Under the pieces are notes generated by a model. The model ran no database searches, was not told where the DNA came from, and was given only the letters and a program-made list of their open reading frames with translations. A stretch of 64,000 bases of DNA from Candidatus Eiseniibacteriota bacterium (lineage in GTDB: Bacteria > Eisenbacteria > RBG-16-71-46), in contig JBBRLX010000012.1 in NCBI GenBank assembly GCA_038231135.1, positions 1 to 64,000 on the forward strand, read 5' to 3'. Position numbers and translations under genes: made by a program. Positions within the stretch are counted from its first letter, which is position 1. Every line of letters starts with the position of its first letter. Below, one piece after another: positions 18,218-27,555 of the stretch.

Positions 18218-19123
18218 ATGCATGACCACTCCCATCACGGGGCTCCCGCCGCCGGCTCGCGCGCGTTCGCCCTCGGGATCGGGCTCAATGCCGTGTTCAT
18301 CGGGGTCGAGGTGCTGTTCGGATTGCGGGCGCACTCGCTCGCGCTGCTCGCCGACGCCGGCCACAACCTGGGCGACGTGCTGGGACTGGGGGTCGCGTGG
18401 GGCGCGCTCGTGCTGGGGCAGCGTCCGCCCACGCCGCGGCATACCTACGGCATGCGGCGCGCCTCGATCCTGGCGGCGCTCGCGAACGCGATCCTGCTGC
18501 TGGTCGCGGTCGGTGGCATCGCGTGGGAAGCGCTGAACCGGCTGCGGCACCCCGCGCCCGTCGCCGCCGGCGTGGTCATGGCGGTGGCGACCATCGGCGT
18601 CGTGCTGAACGGCCTGACGGCGCTGCTGTTCGTCGCGGGCCGCAAGCGCGACATCAACGTCCGCGCCGCGTTCCTGCACATGGCGGCCGACGCCCTGGTA
18701 TCGCTCGGGGTTGTTGCAACGGGGTGGGCGATCCAGCTCACCCACCGGCAGTGGCTCGATCCGGCCGCGAGCCTGCTCATCGGCGTGGTGATCATCTGGG
18801 GCACCTGGAGCCTGCTGCAGGAGTCGCTGCGCCTCGCACTGGACGCCGTGCCCGAGACCGTCGAGCCGCAGGCCGTGGAGAGTTACCTGGCGGGGTTGCC
18901 CGGGGTGACGGCGGTGCACGACCTGCACATCTGGTGCATGAGCACGACCGAGACGGCGCTCACCGTCCACCTCGTCATGCAGCAGGTGCCCGACAGCGAC
19001 GCGTTCCTGACGTGCATCGCCGACGAGCTGCACCGCCGCTTCGAGATCGCGCATTCGACCGTACAATTCGAGCACGGCGACGGCGCGGTCCCCTGCCCGC
19101 AGGCGGCGAGCCACGTCGTGTGA
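18218..19123 (+). CDS. czcD: Cation diffusion facilitator (CzcD/ZitB-like) Zn/Co/Cd exporter
   Basis: SLALLADAGHNLGD, NVRAAFLHMAAD, VHDLHIW, HSTVQFE. Confidence 0.88.
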   Translation: MHDHSHHGAPAAGSRAFALGIGLNAVFIGVEVLFGLRAHSLALLADAGHNLGDVLGLGVAWGALVLGQRPPTPRHTYGMRRASILAALANAILLLVAVGGIAWEALNRLRHPAPVAAGVVMAVATIGVVLNGLTALLFVAGRKRDINVRAAFLHMAADALVSLGVVATGWAIQLTHRQWLDPAASLLIGVVIIWGTWSLLQESLRLALDAVPETVEPQAVESYLAGLPGVTAVHDLHIWCMSTTETALTVHLVMQQVPDSDAFLTCIADELHRRFEIAHSTVQFEHGDGAVPCPQAASHVV

Positions 19124-19135
19124 AGTGCGGACGGG

Positions 19136-20161
19136 TCAGGGTTCCGTTCGCGATTCCCTGGCCGCCCCCGCCTTGAACAGCCGGTACAGCCACCACAGTG
19201 ACGGGAACAGCACCACGGCGCCGCACGCCAGCGCCCACAGGATTGCGCGCAGCACGCTGTCGGGCGCGGCGGCGTTCGCGATCGTGATGTCGGGGACCAC
19301 GAGCGCCGGGAACTGCGAGAACCCCCAGCCGCATACGACCAGGGTCACCTGCGCGATCGCGAGCGCGCGGGCCAGCACGTAGCGCTCCTGCCACAGCGCG
19401 GCGAGCGCGCCCAGCGCCACGAGCCCGGTCGTCACCTGGAACGGCAGCGACCACGCGCGCGACGACAGCCCGTGATGCATCGCGGGCGCGCCGTGGCGGG
19501 CGAGCAGGAAGCTGACCCACGCCAGCACGCCGGCGGCGATCGCGGCGCCGAGCGCACGGGCGCGGAACGCGCGGCGCAGCTCGCGGTCGGTCGTTTCGAG
19601 CGTCAGATAGGTGGCGGCGAGGAACGAGCACAGCGCCAGCGCGAACAGTCCGACCGCGAACGGGAACGGTGCGAGCCACGGCGTCACGAAGTCGCTCGTC
19701 ATGACGGAGGTGGCGGGGTCGACGCGAATCCGGCCCGACAGCACGGCGCCGGCGCACACCCCCAGCATCACCGGCGTGATGATGCTCGCGATCGCGAACA
19801 CCCGGCTCCAGCGGCGCTTCACGCGCACGTCGTCGCGATCGTAGGTGCGGAACGTGAACGCGGCGCCGCGCAGCACGATGCCGATCAGCATCAGCGTCAG
19901 CGGCACGTGCAGCGCGGTGGTGATCGTCGCGAACGCCAGCGGAAAGCACACGAACAGCAGCACGACGATCAGGATCAGCCACACGTGGTTGGCCTCCCAG
20001 ATCGGACCCAGCGCGTGGGCGATCGCGGCGCGCTGGCGTTCGCCGGAGCGGCCGGCGGCGAGCAGGTCCCACACGCCGCCGCCGAAGTCGGCCCCGGCGC
20101 CGAGCGCGTAGAGCACCATGGCCGCGAGCAGCACGCCCCCCAGCAGCAACTGCGGCGTCAC
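19136..20161 (-). CDS. cydB: Cytochrome bd ubiquinol oxidase subunit II
   Basis: GADFGGG, GPIWEANHVWLI, LRGAAF; GTGA overlap with the cydA stop. Confidence 0.92.
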   Translation of the reverse strand: MTPQLLLGGVLLAAMVLYALGAGADFGGGVWDLLAAGRSGERQRAAIAHALGPIWEANHVWLILIVVLLFVCFPLAFATITTALHVPLTLMLIGIVLRGAAFTFRTYDRDDVRVKRRWSRVFAIASIITPVMLGVCAGAVLSGRIRVDPATSVMTSDFVTPWLAPFPFAVGLFALALCSFLAATYLTLETTDRELRRAFRARALGAAIAAGVLAWVSFLLARHGAPAMHHGLSSRAWSLPFQVTTGLVALGALAALWQERYVLARALAIAQVTLVVCGWGFSQFPALVVPDITIANAAAPDSVLRAILWALACGAVVLFPSLWWLYRLFKAGAARESRTEP

Positions 20162-21483
20162 CGCCGCGCTCCGCGGCGGGCGGCCGCCATGCCGGGGCTC
20201 GCGAACACCTGGCGGCGCAGCAGTGTCAGCACCACGCCCGCGAGCAGCAGGTACAGCGCGGCGATCACCACCAGCGGCACCGCGATGCCCGGCATCGGCG
20301 TCACGGCGTCGCGGGTGCGCATGATGCCGTAGACGATCCACGGCTGCCGCCCGACCTCTGTGACGGTCCAGCCCGCCTCGATCGCGACGAGCCCGAGCGG
20401 CGATGCCAGCACGACGAGACCCAGGTACCACCGCGACACCGGCAGCGCGCGGCGCCGCCACCACAGGAACGCGCCGAGCAGCGCCACCACGAGCATGGCG
20501 GTGCCGCTCGCCACCATGAGCTGGAACGCGAGGTGCGTGATCGTGACCGGCGGCCGGTCCGCGTGCGGCACCTGGTCGAGGCCCTTGAGTTCGGCGTTGC
20601 GGTCGCCGTGCACCAGCCAGCTCAGCATGCCGGGGATCTCGATCGCGTGCCGCGTCGTCTCCGTGCGCTCGTCGGGAATGCCGCCAATGCGCAGCGGCGC
20701 GCCGCGCTCGGTGCGCCACTGGCCCTCGAGCGCCGCGAGCTTCACCGGCTGGGCATGGCCGACCTGCCTGGCACTCACGTCACCCGAAACGAGCTGCAAC
20801 GGCGCGCACACCGCGGCGATCCCCAGCACGATCGCCAGCGCGCGCCGGTGGAACGCGTTGCCCGGGTCGCGCCGCAGCGCCCACGCGTGAATGCCGGCGG
20901 CGGCGAACGCGATCGCGAGGTAGGCGGCGATCGTCATGTGCAGCACCTGCTGGAACGCGGCGGGGTTCAGCATCGCCGCGAACGGCCGGATGTCGACGGC
21001 CTCACCGCCCGCCATGCGGAACCCGGCCGGCGTGTTCATCCACGCGTTCGCGCACACCACGAAGATGCCGGACACGCACCCGCTCACGGCGATCACCACA
21101 CCCGCGAGCCAGTGCGTGAGCGGCCGCACGCGGTCCCAGCCGTAAATATAGATGCCGATGAAGATGGCCTCGAGGAAGAACGCGAAGCCTTCGAGCGAGA
21201 ACGGCATGCCGATCACCGGGCCCGCCCAGCGCATGAACCGCGGCCACAGCAGGCCCAGCTCGAACGACAGCACCGTGCCCGACACCGCGCCCACCGCGAA
21301 CAGGATCGCGGTGCCGCGCAGCCAGCGTTTCGTGAGCTCGAGGTACACGGGATCGCGGGTGCGCAGCCACAGCCATTCGCTCACCACCATGAGCAGCGGC
21401 ATCGCGATGCCGGCCGCCGCGAACACGATGTGGAACGCGAGCGAAACCGCCATGTCGAGGCGCGCCGCGAGCAGGTTCGTCAT
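20158..21483 (-). CDS. cydA: Cytochrome bd ubiquinol oxidase subunit I (short Q-loop type)
   Basis: AFHIVF, GAVSG..LSFE, EGFAFFLEA, NAWMNTP, QPVKLAALEG, GWTVTEVGRQPW. Confidence 0.95.
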   Translation of the reverse strand: MTNLLAARLDMAVSLAFHIVFAAAGIAMPLLMVVSEWLWLRTRDPVYLELTKRWLRGTAILFAVGAVSGTVLSFELGLLWPRFMRWAGPVIGMPFSLEGFAFFLEAIFIGIYIYGWDRVRPLTHWLAGVVIAVSGCVSGIFVVCANAWMNTPAGFRMAGGEAVDIRPFAAMLNPAAFQQVLHMTIAAYLAIAFAAAGIHAWALRRDPGNAFHRRALAIVLGIAAVCAPLQLVSGDVSARQVGHAQPVKLAALEGQWRTERGAPLRIGGIPDERTETTRHAIEIPGMLSWLVHGDRNAELKGLDQVPHADRPPVTITHLAFQLMVASGTAMLVVALLGAFLWWRRRALPVSRWYLGLVVLASPLGLVAIEAGWTVTEVGRQPWIVYGIMRTRDAVTPMPGIAVPLVVIAALYLLLAGVVLTLLRRQVFASPGMAAARRGARR

Positions 21484-23414
21484 GGCTCGAGCCCGGCGGC
21501 GCCGAAGTCGACCTTCACCACGCGGTACTCGTCGTTCTCGAACGCCGGTTCGAACCCGGGCACCGGTTCGCGGCGCATGAGGCGCACCAGCACACGCCCC
21601 CGCTCGTCGGGCGTCGCGGACAGGCCGCGATCGATGTGTTCGGCGATCCTGGGGTCCGCCACCCACGCCACGTGCGAAAACGTTTCGGGCGGCGGCACCA
21701 GCAGGTAGCGGGCGCTGTCGCGCGCGCAGGTCGTGACGAGCTCGGCGGGATCGCGCGACAGGCAGGCGTGGAACAGGCCGAGGATGCGGCGCTGGTTCGC
21801 GGGGCTCTCGAGCAGGCCGTCGGTGAGCGCGGGCCGCCCGGCCACGGCCTCGATCTCGTAGCCATACCACCACGGCGCCGCGATCACGGCCGAGGCTGGC
21901 GTGTGCTCGCGCAGGAAGTGGAGGACCTCGAGCTCGGAGGGCTCGAATTCCGAATGCCGCGAGGACGCCAGCAGCACGCCACACACGGCGGTGGCGGCGA
22001 CGCTGAGTGCGAACAGGCCGCGCAGCGCCAGCCGCGCCATGGACGGCTGCGGGCCGGCCGGCGCCCGGCGGGCTCGCGCGCCGGAGCGTTCCGTCCCAGT
22101 ACCGGGTCTCAGCCGCGCGCTGCTCTCAGAGTTCCGCCACAGTGCCGCGCCGGCGCAGGCGCACACCACGGCGAGCACGGGGGCGAGCAGGACCTTGTTG
22201 CGCGCGAATGCCAGCGTGAGCACGGTGAACGACACCGCGAGCGCCGCCAGCAGGCCCCACGCGCCGCCGAACCCGCGCAGCGCTCCGCGAACGGTCTGCG
22301 CGCGGGCGCGCACCAGGAGGATGGGCGCGGCGAGGAACCACGGGCCCAGTGCCAGGAACTGCTGCGGTCCGAACGCGAACGCGACCGGCGTGAGCCCGAA
22401 CAACTCGACCACGTCGAGCTGGAGCCGGGCGAGCGGGCTCGCGTTCCCGATGTGGCCGGCGAGCGCCGTCAGCTTGAACGCGATCAACTCCAGCGTGCCG
22501 CCGTACTCGGCCGGCCCGAGCCACAGCGCCCCGGCAACCGCCACCGCCAGCGCCACGAGGGCGGCCGTGATCCGCACGGGCGCCCGCCCCCCGGGCCGCG
22601 CGGCCGGTACGCACGCCAGCGCCGCCGCGGCCAGCATCGGCGCCCAGCCCGCCGACGTCGCGAAGTGCTGCGCACGCATGGGATCGATCCTCAGGAAGCC
22701 GAGGGTGCCGACGAACGCCACCGCCAGCAGCCAGTCGCGCAGCGGACGCCCCGCGCCGGCCACCGCGATGGCCAGTATCGCCCACGCCGCCTCGAGCGGC
22801 GCGAGCGCCAGGCTCACCCGCCACATGGCGGCGGCCGCCACCAGGAACACCGCCGACAGCGCGGCGTCGGCGCGGCGGGTCTTCGACTCGCGCAGCGCAC
22901 GCAGCGCGAACGCGACATGCGTCATCGCCAGCAGCACGCCGGCCGCGTCGTAGCGCACCCAGTACCCGAACGTGCGGTGCAGATGGGCCGGCAGCGTGGC
23001 CACGATGGCGGCCGCGAGCCACCCGGCGACCGGCCCCGCGCCCATGGCGCGCGTGGCCGCGTAGACCGGCAGCGCGGTGAGCGCGCCGCACACCGCGATC
23101 CACAGCATCAGGTGCACGCGCACATCCGCGTGGTCGAGCGGCGCCAGCGCGTCGTGAAACGCGGCGGCCGTCACGTAGAGCCCCAGCGGCAGGTGATCGG
23201 CCAGGCGGCGCCCCGTGGGCGGTTCGCTCAGCCGGTCGACCTCGGGCACGCGGCCCAGGGCCACGGTCTCGCGGACGATGCGTTCGTGGAACGCGGCGTC
23301 GTCGCGCAGCGCGATCGACGGATCCAGCAGCCACGGCAGCAGGCGCAGCGCGACGCCTACGACCACGACGGCCGCGAGTACGGCCACCGTGGCGCGCTGC
23401 GGCGCGGGGTTCAT
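21480..23414 (-). CDS. STT3/AglB/PglB-like GT-C membrane glycosyltransferase (divergent)
   Basis: 'DDAAFHER' first loop, 'HLHRT..YWVRYDA', about 13 TMs, and soluble C-domain 'FLREHTP..AVIAAPWWYGYEI...GRPALTDG' at the WWDYG position. Confidence 0.6.
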   Translation of the reverse strand: MNPAPQRATVAVLAAVVVVGVALRLLPWLLDPSIALRDDAAFHERIVRETVALGRVPEVDRLSEPPTGRRLADHLPLGLYVTAAAFHDALAPLDHADVRVHLMLWIAVCGALTALPVYAATRAMGAGPVAGWLAAAIVATLPAHLHRTFGYWVRYDAAGVLLAMTHVAFALRALRESKTRRADAALSAVFLVAAAAMWRVSLALAPLEAAWAILAIAVAGAGRPLRDWLLAVAFVGTLGFLRIDPMRAQHFATSAGWAPMLAAAALACVPAARPGGRAPVRITAALVALAVAVAGALWLGPAEYGGTLELIAFKLTALAGHIGNASPLARLQLDVVELFGLTPVAFAFGPQQFLALGPWFLAAPILLVRARAQTVRGALRGFGGAWGLLAALAVSFTVLTLAFARNKVLLAPVLAVVCACAGAALWRNSESSARLRPGTGTERSGARARRAPAGPQPSMARLALRGLFALSVAATAVCGVLLASSRHSEFEPSELEVLHFLREHTPASAVIAAPWWYGYEIEAVAGRPALTDGLLESPANQRRILGLFHACLSRDPAELVTTCARDSARYLLVPPPETFSHVAWVADPRIAEHIDRGLSATPDERGRVLVRLMRREPVPGFEPAFENDEYRVVKVDFGAAGLEP

Positions 23415-24406
23415 CCGCCGATCGCGCTCATGCCGCGATCGGGCTGGCGGAAGAACGGGCTGTTGATCAGGTGGCCCGGCTCCTTGCGCAGCACCGCCGC
23501 GCGCAGCAACTCGACGATGTCGGCGTCCGACGCGTCACTCCGCAGCGCGCGCCGGAAGTCGTATTCGGTGAGCGAGAACAGGCAGGTGCGGATCTGGCCG
23601 TCGGCGGTGAGCCGGATGCGGTCGCAGTGTCCGCAGAACGGCCGCGTCACCGACGCGATCACGCCGACGGTGCCGCCGCCATCGAGGTAGCGGAACCGCC
23701 GCGCGGGTGCGCTGGGGTCGTCGCCCTCCATCGGCTCGAGCGGGAACTCGGCGCCGATGTGGTCGAGGATCTCCGCCGCCGGCACCAGCTTCTCGCGCGA
23801 CCAACCATGCTGGAAGTCGAGCGGCATCCACTCGATGAACCGCACCTCGAAGCCTTGCTCACGCCCCCAGCGCGCGAGCGGCACCGCCTCGTCGTCGTTG
23901 AAGCCGCGCATCAGCACCGTGTTCACCTTGATCGGCGTGAAGCCGGCGGCGCGCGCGGCATCGAGGCCGGCGATCACCTCGTGCCAACGGTCGCGGCGCG
24001 CGATCTGGAGGAACCGTCCGGCCTCGAGCGTGTCGAGGCTCACGTTCACGCGCTTGAGCCCCGCGGCGCGCAGCGGCGCGGCCATCGCGACGAGGCGCAG
24101 GCCGTTCGTGGTCAGCGACAGGTCGAGGTTGGGGGCGAGCGCGTTCAGCATCGCCACCAGCACCGGCAGGTCCTGCCGCACGGTCGGCTCGCCGCCGGTG
24201 AGGCGCACGCCGTGAACCCCCAGGCTCAGGCACACGCGGGTGAAGCGCGCGATCTCCTCGTAGGTGAGCAGGTCGTCCTTCGGCAGCCACGCCATGCCCT
24301 CGGCGGGCATGCAGTACACGCACCGCAGATTGCAGCGATCCGTGATCGAGATGCGCAGATCACGGACGGTGCGGCCGTGCGTGTCGACTAGCGGACTCAG
24401 GTTCAT
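23411..24406 (-). CDS. moaA: GTP 3',8-cyclase (molybdenum cofactor biosynthesis)
   Basis: LRISITDRCNLRCVYC, LTGGEP, FCGHCDRIRLTADG...CLF, C-terminal IGG. Confidence 0.96.
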   Translation of the reverse strand: MNLSPLVDTHGRTVRDLRISITDRCNLRCVYCMPAEGMAWLPKDDLLTYEEIARFTRVCLSLGVHGVRLTGGEPTVRQDLPVLVAMLNALAPNLDLSLTTNGLRLVAMAAPLRAAGLKRVNVSLDTLEAGRFLQIARRDRWHEVIAGLDAARAAGFTPIKVNTVLMRGFNDDEAVPLARWGREQGFEVRFIEWMPLDFQHGWSREKLVPAAEILDHIGAEFPLEPMEGDDPSAPARRFRYLDGGGTVGVIASVTRPFCGHCDRIRLTADGQIRTCLFSLTEYDFRRALRSDASDADIVELLRAAVLRKEPGHLINSPFFRQPDRGMSAIGG

Positions 24407-24558
24407 GTGGGCTCGAAGGTCGGTGGGGGCCAGGGCCGGGACCGCGTCCAATCGCCGGGTCCTCCATGACTCGTGCCTCAGGTGCCTCCTAGGATATAGG
24501 ATACGGGCGTGCAGGAACCCCGTCCAGAACGCCATCCCCCCCGCCTCGGGAACCGGGC

Positions 24559-25242
24559 GTGAGCGCCATCCGCCTGGCGTCGGTGCAGGTCGGCCTGCCC
24601 CGGACGCGCGGCGACGCCCATGCCTCCGATCCCGCGCAGGGGGAGTGGACGTCCGCGATCTTCAAGGACCCGGTGGTGGGCCGGGTGCGCCTCGACCTCG
24701 AAGGGCTCGCGGGTGACGGCCAGGGCGACCGGGAATCGCACGGCGGACCCGAGCGCGCGGTGCTGATGTATGGGGCGGCGCACTATCCGCTCTGGCGGTC
24801 GGAACTCGGCCTCGCGCTGACCCACGGGGCGTTCGGCGAGAACTTCACGATCGACGGCCTCGACGAGACCACGGTGTGCATCGGCGATTCGTTCGCGATC
24901 GGCGACGCGGTCGTGCAGGTGTCGCAGCCGCGCGGACCGTGCTGGAAGATCTCGCGCCGCTGGAATCGTCCGGAGCTGCTCGAACGCGTCGTGGTCACCG
25001 GACGCACCGGCTGGTACTGCCGCGTGCTCCGGGCCGGCGACGTCGCGGCCGGCGACGTGTGCACCCTCACCGGCCGGCCGTGCGACAGCTGGACCGTCGC
25101 GCGCGTCGCCGCGCTGACCCGGCCCGGCGTCGCGTCGCCGGCCGAGCTCGAGTTCCTGATCGGGTGCGAGCCGTTGGCGGACGAGCGGCGGCAACAGTTC
25201 GCAAGGATCAGGGACCGCCGCAATGCCGGATCGGCCGCATGA
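24559..25242 (+). CDS. MOSC domain protein (YiiM-like)
   Basis: HGGPERAV, GAFGENFT, SQPRGPCWK, GWYCRVL. Confidence 0.9.
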   Translation: MSAIRLASVQVGLPRTRGDAHASDPAQGEWTSAIFKDPVVGRVRLDLEGLAGDGQGDRESHGGPERAVLMYGAAHYPLWRSELGLALTHGAFGENFTIDGLDETTVCIGDSFAIGDAVVQVSQPRGPCWKISRRWNRPELLERVVVTGRTGWYCRVLRAGDVAAGDVCTLTGRPCDSWTVARVAALTRPGVASPAELEFLIGCEPLADERRQQFARIRDRRNAGSAA

Positions 25243-25267
25243 ACCGGGCTCCCGCGGAATCGCCGCA

Positions 25268-26368
25268 GTGAAGCATTCGCACCGGCTCGCGGCTGCGATC
25301 GCGGGCGTGTTCGTCGTGGCGGTCGCGCTCGGTGCGCTGCTGCCCCGGCTCGGCGGCTTCGGCCACGGCCGCGGCGCCGGCGGGCTCGGGCCGACGATCC
25401 GGCTGCCGTCGCTCGATGGCGCCGGCCCGTGGGTGACCGGCGCCATCGACTCGGATTCGCTGAGAGATCACGTCACGCTGGTCGTGCTGTGGTCCGACAC
25501 CGATCCCGTCGCGCTCGCGCTGCTCCCCGAGGTGCAGGCGTGGCACCTGGCCTACGCCCGCTACGGGCTGCGCGTACTCGGCGTGCACGTGCCGGAGTTC
25601 GCGTTCGCGGCCGACACCGCGGTGGCGTCGCGTGTGGCGCGGCGGCTCGGGCTCACGTTTCCGATCGTCGACGATCCGGCATACCGGCTGGCGTCGCGAT
25701 TCCGGCGCACGCTGCCGCGGCCGGCGTGCTACGTGGCCGATCCCGCGGGCCGCGTGGTGTTCGAAGGCGAGGGCTCGCGGCCCGACTCCGTGGATCGCGC
25801 GCTGCGCGATCAACTGGCGCTCGCGCGCCCCGACGCCGGCATCCCGGTGGGCCCGAACGCGCTGCGGGATCCCGCGCCGCGGCTGTGGCACCACGTGTAC
25901 CTGGGCACGTCGCGCGCGCAGGCGGGGCCGCTCGCGAGCTGCGACACCGGCCGGCCGCAGACGTTCACCGCCCAGTTCCGGTTTCAGGAGGAGGGTCGCG
26001 CGTTCGTGGCGTATCCGGTGGGCCGCTGGACGCCCGGCGCCGAGGGGCTCACCGCGACGCGCGGCGGGGCCGAGAACTTCCTGTGCATTCGCGGCGACGG
26101 GCGCTCGTGGGCGGTGCTGGCGCCGCCGCCCGGCGGCGCGGCCCGCGTGTGGCTGCTGGATCGCGACGCGTGGCTTCCGCGGGCGCGGGCTGGGTCCGAT
26201 GTGCAGTTCGACCCGCACGGCGCCGCGTTCGTGCTGGTGAACGAGCCGCGGCTCTACGACCTCGCGCGCTGCGACGGCGACTGCCTGCTCAAGCTGTCGC
26301 CGGACGCTCCCGGCGTCGCGTTCTACGCGTTCGCGTTCGGGCCCCCGGCGCGGCCGGGAGTGCTGTGA
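25268..26368 (+). CDS. Exported redoxin/DipZ C-terminal-like thioredoxin-fold protein lacking CxxC (start uncertain)
   Basis: N-terminal TM/signal; 'GLRVLGVHVPEF.F', 'LTFPIVDD', 'V.EPRLYDL', 'PGVAFYAFAFG' resemble the DipZ C-terminal region. Confidence 0.6.
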   Translation: MKHSHRLAAAIAGVFVVAVALGALLPRLGGFGHGRGAGGLGPTIRLPSLDGAGPWVTGAIDSDSLRDHVTLVVLWSDTDPVALALLPEVQAWHLAYARYGLRVLGVHVPEFAFAADTAVASRVARRLGLTFPIVDDPAYRLASRFRRTLPRPACYVADPAGRVVFEGEGSRPDSVDRALRDQLALARPDAGIPVGPNALRDPAPRLWHHVYLGTSRAQAGPLASCDTGRPQTFTAQFRFQEEGRAFVAYPVGRWTPGAEGLTATRGGAENFLCIRGDGRSWAVLAPPPGGAARVWLLDRDAWLPRARAGSDVQFDPHGAAFVLVNEPRLYDLARCDGDCLLKLSPDAPGVAFYAFAFGPPARPGVL

Positions 26369-27546
26369 TGGCCGCGCGCCCGGCCATTCTGCAGCGGCGG
26401 CTGCTCGCGTGGTTCGATGCCTCGCGCCGCGAGCTGCCGTGGCGCGCCACCCGGGACCCGTGGCGGATCTGGGTGTCCGAGATCATGCTCCAGCAGACGC
26501 GCGTCGCGACCGCGCTGCCGTTCTACGAGCGGTTCGTCGAGCGCTTCCCGACCGTGTCCGACCTCGCGCGCGCCGGCGAGCCCGAGGTGCTGCGGGCGTG
26601 GTCGGGGCTCGGCTACTACCGGCGGGCGCGTCATCTGCTCGCCGCCGCGCGGATCGTGGCGCGCGATCACGGTGGTCGCGTGCCGCGCGGCGAGGCCGAG
26701 TTCGGCGCGCTGCCCGGCGTGGGCCGCTACACGCGCGGCGCCGTGCTGTCGATCGCGTTCGGCGTGCCGCTGCCGGTGCTGGACGGCAACGTCGCGCGCG
26801 TGCTGTCGCGCGTGGCCGCGATGCCGCACGGCATCCGCGACCCGCGCGGCGCGCAGGAACTGTGGCAGCTCGCGGCGCAGCTCGTACCCGGCGCGCGGCC
26901 CGGCGACTGGAACCAGGCGCTGATGGAGCTGGGCGCCATGGTGTGCACCCCGCAGCAGCCGCGGTGCGGCGAGTGCCCACTGCGCGCCCATTGCGCCGCG
27001 CGGCTCGCGAACCGGGTCGACCACTACCCGCCGCGCGCCGCGCGCCCCGCCACGCGCCGCGTCCGGACCGCGATGGCGCTCGTCGAACGCCGCGGCCGCT
27101 GGCTCATGGTGCGGCGCGACGGCAGCGTGATGACCGGCATGTGGGAGCCGCCGGCTGCGGAGGTACCCGCCGGGGCCGCCGAGGTGGCTGGCGAGTCCGC
27201 CGAGCCAGTCGAGGCGTCTGGCAGGCCCCCCGGAGCGCGGCGCTCGCGCGTGTCGCGCCCGGTCGCGGCCCCCGCGTCGCTGGCGCACACGCTGGACGAG
27301 CTCGGCATCCACGGCGCCGCGACGCCCACCGGCGTGCGACTGCTGCACACCATCATGAATCGTGCGATCGAAGTCGACGTGTGGCGCGTGGCGCCCGCCC
27401 ACCCGCGCCGCCGTACCCGTGCCGTCACCCGCTGGGTGGATCCCCGCGATCCCGATGTGCCGCTCACCGGCATCGCCCTGAAACTCGTGCGCGCGATGCT
27501 CGCGCGCGAGGACGCCGGCGCGGCGGCGCCGCGGCGCGTGACGTAG
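26368..27546 (+). CDS. mutY: A/G-specific adenine glycosylase
   Basis: LPWR, WVSEIMLQQT, WSGLGYY, LPGVGRYT, DGNVARV, NQALMELGA, C-x6-C-x2-C-x5-C. Confidence 0.95.
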   Translation: MAARPAILQRRLLAWFDASRRELPWRATRDPWRIWVSEIMLQQTRVATALPFYERFVERFPTVSDLARAGEPEVLRAWSGLGYYRRARHLLAAARIVARDHGGRVPRGEAEFGALPGVGRYTRGAVLSIAFGVPLPVLDGNVARVLSRVAAMPHGIRDPRGAQELWQLAAQLVPGARPGDWNQALMELGAMVCTPQQPRCGECPLRAHCAARLANRVDHYPPRAARPATRRVRTAMALVERRGRWLMVRRDGSVMTGMWEPPAAEVPAGAAEVAGESAEPVEASGRPPGARRSRVSRPVAAPASLAHTLDELGIHGAATPTGVRLLHTIMNRAIEVDVWRVAPAHPRRRTRAVTRWVDPRDPDVPLTGIALKLVRAMLAREDAGAAAPRRVT

Positions 27547-27555
27547 ACTGCGACG

